Source of the DNA: Bdellovibrionales bacterium | GTDB lineage: Bacteria; Bdellovibrionota; Bdellovibrionia; Bdellovibrionales; UBA1609 | Assembly (NCBI GenBank): GCA_050246815.1 | Contig: JBFWVI010000029.1 | Location: 28,679-41,322, forward strand | Reading direction: 5' to 3' | DNA length: 12,644 bases | In this document: positions 1 to 7,260 of the stretch, in pieces | Numbering within the stretch: the stretch's first letter is position 1 | How the letters are laid out: each line of letters opens with the position of its first letter | Notes under the pieces: generated by a model | What the model was told of the DNA's origin: nothing | The model's database searches: none | The model's input: only the letters and a program-made list of their open reading frames with translations | Translations under genes and position numbers: made by a program

Positions 1-1525
1 CAACCTGCTCTTCAGAGCGTCGTTTGATTTTTTCGAATTCCAGCTTTTTGCTTTGAACGTAAACGTCGGCCTCTTCCTCTTTAAGAGTTTTGATTTTTTC
101 TGCTTCTTGCAGTTTTTGTTTGGCCATGATTTCGGCCTCTTTGATTTTTTCATCAAAGATGGATTGGGCTTCGCGCTCTTTTAATTCACGCAAGTAAGCG
201 ACTTCATCATCAAAGACCTTACGTTTTTGCTGCATCAGTCGCTGTTGATTTTCAAGCTCTGTGTTCAATTGATCTAATTCGCCGCGCATGCGCTTCAAGT
301 TGGTGGCCATCTCGCCTTCAAGCTTTTTCTTCTCGTGGCGGGTTTCACGTAAGGATTCTTCGGCCTTGCTGATTAAAGTGTCGCGTTCAATTTGCGCCTT
401 TTCGCGCGCTTGAAGCATCATTTCTTCGCTCTTAAGAGCGCCCTCATTTAAAGCTTCAGCCAAGGATTCTTTGGCGCGCTTCTCAATTTCAATTTGAGCG
501 TCTTTTTTGATTTTTTCGGCTTCATTCAGACTGTCTAGCTTAAGTTGATCGGCTTCCTTGTGGGCATCGGCGCGCAGTTGGCGGGCATCACTTTCGGCCA
601 AGGCGCGGGCATTGCTGACGTCGTCTTCGGTCTCTTTTTTGATGCGTTCAGACTCTCGGATCGCGGCTGCGATCAGACTTTCGGCTTCTTGTTTTGATTT
701 GACCACCAATTCGCGACCCTGAATCTTGGCGACTTCGGTGATTTCATTGATGCGGTTTTTTGCTTCTTGCAGCATTTCCTGGCAAATTTTGTCGGATTGT
801 TGAATGACTTCATCGGCCTGCGATTGTGCGGCCGCAACTTGACTGTGACGGTATTCCTCGGCTTGTTCGCGCACTTCTGCGGCGCGCTGATGAATTGCAG
901 CCACGGCTTTTTTGGCGTCTTCTTCGGCGGCCGATATGATTTGGGTGGCCGTGGAGCGAGCTTGTTCGATGGTTTGAGCGGAAAGCTCTTTGGCACGGGT
1001 CAAGACCAGATCTCGCTCGCCAGATATGTTTTGTTCAACCGTGCGCGCGCGGTCTTCGGCGGACTTGATGATGTTGTCGTGGATGTCTTTGCCCAACTTC
1101 ACAAGGCGCTGCGCTTCCGCATGGGCTCCATGCAGCATATCGATGATCGAATCGCGCTCTTCATCGGGCAGGTCACTTTGATCAACCAGGTTTTCAGCGA
1201 AAACCTTTTCAATCGCGGTGAACGTCAACTCGACACGCGAATTGCCGAGACGGACCACGTCCTTCGGCTCAACCGGGATGGATTTGCGCGCTTCAAGCCT
1301 TACGCCATTGACGTAAGTGCCATTTGCCGAGCCCTGATCTTCGACCATGACTTTGCCGTTTTTGTTACGGACCATCACATGGGCACGGCTAATATTGTTA
1401 TCACTAAAAGCGATGGCCGCTTCCAAAGAGCGGCCTATCGTGAACGGATTGTCGTCCACGATTTTTCTTACCATTCCGGCTTCGGTCTGAATTGTGACTA
1501 AGAAACAACTCAGAGGTCTAGCCAT
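1..1525 (-). CDS. FHA-domain protein with long coiled coil (3' end outside the window, at least 508 aa; absent from the ORF track)
   Basis: Manual translation from ATG at 1525 (GGGGGG SD upstream, 19 nt after the previous stop): MARPLSCFLVTIQTEAGMVRKIVDDNPFTIGRSLEAAIAFSDNNISRAHVMVRNKNGKVMVEDQGSANGTYVNGVRL..., which carries the FHA motifs IGR, SRxH and D-x-x-S-x-NGT-x-VNG. It continues as A/E/K/Q/R-rich helical sequence and the same frame is open at the left edge (VQSKKLEFEKIKRRSEEQV). Confidence 0.92.
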   Translation of the reverse strand, partial: MARPLSCFLVTIQTEAGMVRKIVDDNPFTIGRSLEAAIAFSDNNISRAHVMVRNKNGKVMVEDQGSANGTYVNGVRLEARKSIPVEPKDVVRLGNSRVELTFTAIEKVFAENLVDQSDLPDEERDSIIDMLHGAHAEAQRLVKLGKDIHDNIIKSAEDRARTVEQNISGERDLVLTRAKELSAQTIEQARSTATQIISAAEEDAKKAVAAIHQRAAEVREQAEEYRHSQVAAAQSQADEVIQQSDKICQEMLQEAKNRINEITEVAKIQGRELVVKSKQEAESLIAAAIRESERIKKETEDDVSNARALAESDARQLRADAHKEADQLKLDSLNEAEKIKKDAQIEIEKRAKESLAEALNEGALKSEEMMLQAREKAQIERDTLISKAEESLRETRHEKKKLEGEMATNLKRMRGELDQLNTELENQQRLMQQKRKVFDDEVAYLRELKEREAQSIFDEKIKEAEIMAKQKLQEAEKIKTLKEEEADVYVQSKKLEFEKIKRRSEEQV

Positions 1526-1544
1526 TCATTTAGCCCCCCGAGTT

Positions 1545-2486
1545 TTAAGAGGTTTTCACCTTTCTTAAGGTGTCCATGTCACGCGAACGCTGATTCTTCG
1601 AAATCTCGATGCTCAAGGCCTCTTCAGCCAAAGCATCCACCGGATCGCGGTGTTCGTCGAATGCGCGTTCGCTCATGGGGTAGTCGTTGTTGTCACTGCG
1701 GTACCAAAGCAAGTCCAGGGCGCTTTCGAAGCGGTCGATCATGGACACATAGGCGCGCTCCGGAGAAAAGCTGGTGTTCCACAAGTGAAGAGCAAGAGAA
1801 AAGGCGATACCCACGATCGAAGACGCCATGGCGTAGGCGATTTCGTGTAAGAACGAATCCATCACGTTTTTGGTGGTTTCAAGATCTGACAGGTTCATAC
1901 CACCCAAAGCAGTCAAACCGCCTTTGATACCAAGGAACGTTCCCAAAATACCCGCCACGACAAAAAGTCCAGGCAAGATATTGAGGATGTCGTTCAATCC
2001 GCCAACGGGGATGATGCCAAAAACACGGTTGAAGCAAGGGTTGTGGTGGAAAGTGGCTTTGGTGATCTGAAGCAGTTTGGGTGTTTCATTGGTCCACTTC
2101 AAAAACTTCAGTTGTTTCAAGATGTCTTTCACCAACCAGGCGCAGCCTTGTTTGACCAAAAATATGCGGTCAGAAAGTCGCATCACACGGTCGGGTTTTT
2201 TGCTGCTGTCGCGGTCGCGGGCTTCGAAGGCCTCGTAGTAAGTACGCTCCAACATGCGTTTGGCCAGCACATAGAATGAAACGTTGCTGATTTTACCAGG
2301 AACTTCAGCATCCACGTAGCGGTTCACGCGGGTTTCGAACTCGCGCGAGAACCATTCGTGGCGGCGAACCGTCAGGTACACCAGCCCGCGCAAGGAGGCG
2401 CCGAGCACAAACACGACAGCCATTGCGTAGGGCAGCAGGTAAATAAACCAGTGTATAAGCTGCTCTGTTGATGTGATCTCTTTCAT
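1545..2486 (-). CDS. MotA/TolQ/ExbB-family (ZorA-like) ion-channel subunit, 313 aa
   Basis: One N-terminal hydrophobic segment plus the hairpin LPGLFVVAGILGTFLGIKGGL...IAYAMASSIVGIAFSLALHLW. The P-x6-G-I-x-GTF-x-G pattern is typical of ZorA/MotA/ExbB. GGGGGA SD, 9 nt after the stop of the MotB-like gene. Confidence 0.85.
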   Translation of the reverse strand: MKEITSTEQLIHWFIYLLPYAMAVVFVLGASLRGLVYLTVRRHEWFSREFETRVNRYVDAEVPGKISNVSFYVLAKRMLERTYYEAFEARDRDSSKKPDRVMRLSDRIFLVKQGCAWLVKDILKQLKFLKWTNETPKLLQITKATFHHNPCFNRVFGIIPVGGLNDILNILPGLFVVAGILGTFLGIKGGLTALGGMNLSDLETTKNVMDSFLHEIAYAMASSIVGIAFSLALHLWNTSFSPERAYVSMIDRFESALDLLWYRSDNNDYPMSERAFDEHRDPVDALAEEALSIEISKNQRSRDMDTLRKVKTS

Positions 2487-2495
2487 AGATCCCCC

Positions 2496-4190
2496 TTACT
2501 TCTTTCCGTCCATGCTGAAACGGATAATCACGCGTTGTGCCCGTTTGCAGTCGTTGAGTTTACAAAAATCCGCTTTAGATGCGACACCGCGTGAGTTTTT
2601 AATCACTTCCAAAAAGCTACGGCCCGAGACTTTCATCATCGGCAAAAGTTCTTTTTGGTGTTCAAAGGTCATTTCGCGTTCGTCTAATATATGGTTGAAG
2701 ATCGACTTGGCGCGACGATAGCTAAGATCCATATTGTATTTGATGGCTTCTTTGTCTTCTGGCTTGTTTGAGTTGGGGTTCACATACCGACCTTTGTAGG
2801 TGGGTGACGCAAAACCAACAACTTCAACCGACGAGATTTTCTCGGCGACTTTGGGGTTGCCAAATAAGGATTTGGAGTAGGCGGGGACCGCTTTTTCCAG
2901 AACGTCTTTCATGGCCTGTTTCAGCGCGGCCGAGTCGTTATCGAAGTACGCTTGTCCGAAGTCGATCAACACTTCGCCGGTCTGCATATCGATATCTGCC
3001 TTCACGCCAGCGGCATCGAAGCCCTTTTTGATTTCGCGAGCCACAGCACGGCGCGCGTCCATTTCGGCGCGAGCGACAGCCAATTGACTTTCTTTGTCGC
3101 GCAACTGTCCTTCGGTGCTTTTCAGCTGACCGCTTAAGCCCGCCACCTTGCCACTCAAACCTTCAACTTGACCACTCAGGCCCGCCACCTTTTCGGCCAG
3201 TTCGCGCTCCTTTGCGGCAGCGGCTGCGCGGAAGGCGGCTTCACGACGGCCTCGTTCGGCGGCGCCGACACGTTCGCGTTTGAGCTCGGCATCGAAGGCC
3301 GCCCGTTCTTTGGCCGCTTGAGCTGCGTATTCGCCTTTTAAATTACTAATTTTGGATTGAAGATCACGTGCTTCGCTTTCTTTTTGAGCCAGCTGTCCTT
3401 GGGTACTTTGCAACTGACCCGACAGCGAACTGATGCGATTTTGCGTGTCGCTCAATTGCTTTTGATAGTTTTCGTTGGCATCGCGAAGGGCGTCGACTTT
3501 GTTTTCGCTTTCTTCCTTTAACTGAGCCATTTTCTTTTCATAGCTCTTGGCCGACATCTTATTGCGTTTATAGGCTTTTTTCAGCTCGGCCAGTTTTTTG
3601 TCCAGGGCTTTATTGGTTTCAGCGATTTTGCGTTCACCCTCTTCGATTTTCTTTTGTTTTTGATGGGCTTCTTGCTCAAGCTCTGTGATCTGCTGGTCTT
3701 GTGTTTCGATCTCTTCGTCTTGATCGACGATGATATCGTCACGATTGGTGATTTTGGTCTTGGCGACTTTATTGGCATTGATCACATTGCGGATCATCTG
3801 TTGGTATTTATTCAGAGCTTTTTCTTTCATTTCATTCTGAATGGCGGTGTTGCGCAGGCGCTCTTTTTCGTCCTTGGCCTCTTCTTGCAACAGGCTGAGC
3901 TTATCCATCAGCTCTTGGTATTCGTCCATTTCGCTTTTGGGGGCCTGGGTTTGCAGGTAGTCTTTTTTGATGGACTCGTACATTCTCAATTGATTCTGTA
4001 GGTCTTGGACCTGCATGTTGAGCTTTTGGTTTTCTATTTGATTTTTGATACCATCGGTTCCGGTTCGAAGGCTGGCTGTTACGTAGAGCAGCAAAAAGAT
4101 CGTCGACAGACCCAAGAACAAGTCCGAATACGACGTCCAAAAGCTTTCGTTACCGCCATGATCTTTGTGCTTCTGATAATTAAAAGCCAT
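2496..4190 (-). CDS. MotB/ZorB-like protein: N-terminal TM helix with conserved Asp, long coiled coil, C-terminal OmpA-like domain, 564 aa
   Basis: ESFWTSYSDLFLGLSTIFLLLYV (W-x-x-Y-x-D motif, Asp23), about 340 aa of coiled-coil-like sequence, then YFDNDSAALK...VEVVGFAS...NMDLSYRRAKSI...RVIIRF (OmpA_C-like). Confidence 0.87.
   Translation of the reverse strand: MAFNYQKHKDHGGNESFWTSYSDLFLGLSTIFLLLYVTASLRTGTDGIKNQIENQKLNMQVQDLQNQLRMYESIKKDYLQTQAPKSEMDEYQELMDKLSLLQEEAKDEKERLRNTAIQNEMKEKALNKYQQMIRNVINANKVAKTKITNRDDIIVDQDEEIETQDQQITELEQEAHQKQKKIEEGERKIAETNKALDKKLAELKKAYKRNKMSAKSYEKKMAQLKEESENKVDALRDANENYQKQLSDTQNRISSLSGQLQSTQGQLAQKESEARDLQSKISNLKGEYAAQAAKERAAFDAELKRERVGAAERGRREAAFRAAAAAKERELAEKVAGLSGQVEGLSGKVAGLSGQLKSTEGQLRDKESQLAVARAEMDARRAVAREIKKGFDAAGVKADIDMQTGEVLIDFGQAYFDNDSAALKQAMKDVLEKAVPAYSKSLFGNPKVAEKISSVEVVGFASPTYKGRYVNPNSNKPEDKEAIKYNMDLSYRRAKSIFNHILDEREMTFEHQKELLPMMKVSGRSFLEVIKNSRGVASKADFCKLNDCKRAQRVIIRFSMDGKK
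3126..3191 (-). repeat. Intragenic 21-bp (heptad) tandem repeat, about 3 copies
   Basis: Encodes K-VAGLSGQ-VEGLSGK-VAGLSGQ. AAGGTGGCGGGC recurs 42 nt apart. Confidence 0.8.
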
Positions 4191-4359
4191 AGCATTGCCC
4201 GCTTTTTAAGTTACTCTTCGTCATATGTATGTATCGAGATTCAGGACGAGATAATTAAGTCGAGGCCCTTGAATTTGCGGTAAATTATTCGAACGCGAGT
4301 TCCAGAACCAGACCAAAGGTGGTAGTCTGGGCTGTACCAAGGGCTGGGAGTGGTGCGTA

Positions 4360-6333
4360 ATGGCACGTCGAAAGAAAAAAACTAAAGACCCTGTAACATA
4401 CACAGGAGCGACCTCAACGGAGGCGGACACTGTCCAGGGCTTGCGTGAAACCATTAAAAAAATCGTAGCGGAGTTCCCTCAGACCCCTGGCGTTTATCTG
4501 ATGAAAAATGCCAAAGGCAAAATCATCTATGTGGGCAAAGCTAAGAATTTGCGCTCGCGTGTGAGATCTTATTTTCACGAGAGCACGGATCACTCGACCA
4601 AAACACGATTCTTAGTTTCGCACATCACCCAGGTGGAATATTTTTTAACCAACACCGAGGTCGAAGCATTTCTGCTAGAAGCCTCGCTTATTAAAAAACA
4701 TCGGCCGCGCTATAACATTCGTTTAAAGGACGACAAGGCTTACCCCTATATTCGGTGTGCGACGAACGATCCATTTCCTAGATTTTATCTTTCACGCCGG
4801 GTCAGTCAAGATGGCGCTCTTTACTTCGGGCCGTACACAAGCGGCTTGGCGGTTCGCGAGACGATTCGCTTTTTGAACCGCACTTTTAAAATACGCGATT
4901 GCACGGACAGTTTTATGAAGGCACGAAAGCGGCCGTGCATGACCTATCAAATTGGGCGCTGCACGGCGCCTTGTGTGAATTTGATAAGCGTCGCGGAATA
5001 TGCCGTCGACGTCAAATCCGCCCTGCAGTTTCTGCGCGGTCGAGACAAATCTGTGATTAAGGATTTAGAGACGCGCATGAAAGAGGCCTCCAAAAGCGAG
5101 CGCTACGAGGCTGCCGCCAAATTTCGTGATAGCCTGCAAGCGGTTCAAGCTATCTGGGAAAAGCAGGCGGTGATTAAAGCGGATCGCGATGTGGATCAGG
5201 ATATCATTGGTTTTGTGGGGGATGAGCGGGGTACTTTGATTGAGATCATCAGTGTGCGCGCGGGGCGCTTGATCGGGCGTCAGTCCCATTTCATGTCGCG
5301 CCTGAATGCGGCCTCGCCCCAAGAAGACGTGCGCGATTGGCTGACCTCGTTCATGAACCAGTACTATTCGGACAACTTCATCCCGGACGAAATTTTGGTA
5401 CCGGTGGATTTGGGCGGCGACATCACCAAATTGTTCCAAGCCGTTTTAAAAGAGCGGGGCAAACAAGCTCGCCTTCTGCCGCCGGTGGGGCAAGAAGGAC
5501 GACGGTTGATCGAGATGGCCCAGGCCAACGCCGAAAGCCGTTTCAAGGACCACATCAGCGAAAACGAGGGGCGTGAAAACGGCCTTAAAGAAATTCAAGA
5601 GCGGTTTCAGTTGTCCCAATTGCCTAGACGCATTGAATGTTTCGACATTTCAAATTTTCAGGGCGCGCAGAATGTGGCCTCGCAGGTGGTGTTTGAAGAC
5701 GGTTTGCCTAAAAAAGACGACTATCGTCTTTATAAGATCAAGACCGTACAGGGTGCAAACGACTTTGCGGCGATGAAAGAAGTGCTGACCCGCCGGTTCA
5801 AACACACCGAATACGACGACCCACAGTTGGTCGTGGTTGATGGCGGCAAAGGGCAACTAAAGATGGCTGTGACCGCTTTGCAAGAGCTCGGTCGAAGCGA
5901 TGTGCCGGTGGTGGGGCTTGCAAAAGCCCGTACCGAAGGTGATTTTACCGAAAGCGAAGTGGCGTCCAGCCAAGAGCGTTTTTTTGTGCCTGGGCGGCAA
6001 AACCCCGTGACGTTTCAGACCAATTCTCAGGCCTTTCAAATTTTGGTGGGTCTTCGTGACGAAGCTCACCGCTTTGCCATCACCTTCCACCGTAAACTGC
6101 GAGGCAAGGCGACTTTGTCGAGTGAATTGGATGTGATCGTGGGCTTGGGAGAGAAAAGAAAAAAAATATTGCTTAAAGAGTTCCCGTCGATTGAAGCCAT
6201 ACGTCAAAGTCAGGTTGACGTTTTGGCCAAGCTGCCGACTTTCAATCGCATTTTAGCCGAAAGAATTTTACTGCATTTGAATTCGGATGAGGCGGCAACG
6301 GTGACGGATGAATCCGCCGCCGGAGAAATTTAG
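4360..6333 (+). CDS. uvrC: Excinuclease ABC subunit C
   Basis: GIY-YIG motif (PGVYLMK...IIYVGKAKNLRSRVRSYF), Cys cluster, UVR helix (ERYEAAAKFRD), RNase H-like domain (RIECFDISN, VVDGGKGQL, RDEAHRFAI) and C-terminal HhH. Confidence 0.98.
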   Translation: MARRKKKTKDPVTYTGATSTEADTVQGLRETIKKIVAEFPQTPGVYLMKNAKGKIIYVGKAKNLRSRVRSYFHESTDHSTKTRFLVSHITQVEYFLTNTEVEAFLLEASLIKKHRPRYNIRLKDDKAYPYIRCATNDPFPRFYLSRRVSQDGALYFGPYTSGLAVRETIRFLNRTFKIRDCTDSFMKARKRPCMTYQIGRCTAPCVNLISVAEYAVDVKSALQFLRGRDKSVIKDLETRMKEASKSERYEAAAKFRDSLQAVQAIWEKQAVIKADRDVDQDIIGFVGDERGTLIEIISVRAGRLIGRQSHFMSRLNAASPQEDVRDWLTSFMNQYYSDNFIPDEILVPVDLGGDITKLFQAVLKERGKQARLLPPVGQEGRRLIEMAQANAESRFKDHISENEGRENGLKEIQERFQLSQLPRRIECFDISNFQGAQNVASQVVFEDGLPKKDDYRLYKIKTVQGANDFAAMKEVLTRRFKHTEYDDPQLVVVDGGKGQLKMAVTALQELGRSDVPVVGLAKARTEGDFTESEVASSQERFFVPGRQNPVTFQTNSQAFQILVGLRDEAHRFAITFHRKLRGKATLSSELDVIVGLGEKRKKILLKEFPSIEAIRQSQVDVLAKLPTFNRILAERILLHLNSDEAATVTDESAAGEI

Positions 6334-6362
6334 GGCAGCCATGGTTTTGAGGCTGGGCCGTT

Positions 6363-6626
6363 TTATTGGAGAATATATGAGTTTTTGTTGCCGCGGATCT
6401 GGCAATGGGGGCAATGGGCCTCTTCTTCGACGACCAATGATCCGAAATCCGTTGCATGCACGAATTTGAATTCATTGCCGCAAAGGACACAGTTTAAATA
6501 ATCGCTCACGGCTTGCTCGCGCCAGTCGGCAGGGGTCATGCTCTGCAGCTGAGCCGAGAAGGTGCTGTTCAGGTCTAGCGCGCTGTTGTCGTTGATCATT
6601 TCGAATTGTGACTTCTTGTCTTCCAT
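6363..6626 (-). CDS. Small hypothetical protein with a probable zinc ribbon, 87 aa
   Basis: AGGAGG SD at 6632-6637. Two CxxC pairs (CVLC, CPHC) separated by a beta-hairpin-sized spacer. It fills the gap convergent to uvrC. Confidence 0.85.
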   Translation of the reverse strand: MEDKKSQFEMINDNSALDLNSTFSAQLQSMTPADWREQAVSDYLNCVLCGNEFKFVHATDFGSLVVEEEAHCPHCQIRGNKNSYILQ

Positions 6627-6654
6627 TTGTGCCTCCTGGCGGGTGACAAGGGCT

Positions 6655-6681
6655 CTATCGGCTCATGTTTGCGGCACTTAA
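6655..6681 (-). promoter_or_regulatory. Sigma28 (FliA)-like promoter
   Basis: Minus strand reads TTAA-N15-GCCGATAG against the consensus TAAA-N15-GCCGATAA, 28 nt upstream of the ATG at 6626. Confidence 0.75.
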
Positions 6682-6767
6682 TCGTTGTTTGGCTTTTACG
6701 CGCAAATTTGGCCTTGCGACCGAGGCAAAAATTTCCCCTCTTGAAACGCCTTGTCATGGGCTTGGCC

Positions 6768-6796
6768 GTGACCGCCCCCAAGAAGTTCAATACAGT
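6768..6796 (+). promoter_or_regulatory. Possible sigma70 promoter for the 6823 operon
   Basis: GTGACC-N17-TACAGT, upstream of the AAGGGGGG SD and the GTG at 6823. Confidence 0.35.
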
Positions 6797-6822
6797 AAGG
6801 TTTCGACAAGGGGGGCTCCACC

Positions 6823-7260
6823 GTGAATCCGACAATCCGCTACTATCTGGGCGAGGTTTTGGGTTTGGAATTGGTACCACGCGAAGCGGTACAAAAAGCA
6901 TCGACACAGCCCAAAGTCCAGTCACAGGCTCTGGCCATCTTGTGTGGTCACACCCTTAATGAACCTGAAAAGGTCCTTCTTAAAAAGATGATGCAGGCGA
7001 TTGGGGTCGACGACTATGTGGTTCGCGATGTGCCGGCCACTGGTGAGGGCATTGGCTTGGTTTTTGGCCATGCTTCGGCCGAGTCCCTGGGACTTAAAGA
7101 GCTTGGCGCCGTGATCGAGATTGATGGTCGCCGCTGGTTAAGGACCTATTCGCTGGGTGACATGTTGAATGGCAGCGACGGAGAAATTCAATCTCGCAAA
7201 CGTGTCGCCTGGGCGCATCTGCAAACCATTAAGAATTGGCTGAAAGAGAGCCAGCATTGA
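6823..7260 (+). CDS. Hypothetical protein resembling a degenerate uracil-DNA-glycosylase-like / DNA polymerase III psi-like fold, 145 aa
   Basis: GTG start with AAGGGGGG SD. The motifs LLKKMMQAIG, LVFG..A..LG, RTYSLGDML and KRVAWAHL parallel the C-terminal part of family-4 UDGs and psi-like proteins. The UDG catalytic motifs are absent. Confidence 0.65.
   Translation: MNPTIRYYLGEVLGLELVPREAVQKASTQPKVQSQALAILCGHTLNEPEKVLLKKMMQAIGVDDYVVRDVPATGEGIGLVFGHASAESLGLKELGAVIEIDGRRWLRTYSLGDMLNGSDGEIQSRKRVAWAHLQTIKNWLKESQH

Noticed and set aside
767..1501. 244-aa plus-strand ORF, and the ORFs at 673-996 and 990-1181
   Set aside because: Antisense or off-frame shadows of the FHA-coiled-coil gene. The F/L-rich composition is what the reverse complement of E/K/Q codons produces.
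1545..4190. Calling the pair canonical flagellar motAB or a complete Zorya system
   Set aside because: Gene order is reversed, A has three apparent TM segments and a short tail, B has a very long coiled coil, and no flagellar or zorC/D/E genes are in view.
4230..4258. Possible sigma28 promoter for the motor operon (TAAT-N15-CTCGATAC on the minus strand)
   Set aside because: The -10 element lacks the CCGAT core seen at the other two sites, so it is too weak to call.
4221..4454. 77-aa minus-strand ORF, and a LexA box upstream of uvrC
   Set aside because: The ORF overlaps the uvrC start in antisense and has no SD or motif. No recognisable SOS palindrome was found.
6336..6355. Hairpin CAGCC-N10-GGCTG after uvrC
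   Set aside because: Only a 5-bp stem, and the U-tract is not adjacent, so it is an unconvincing terminator.
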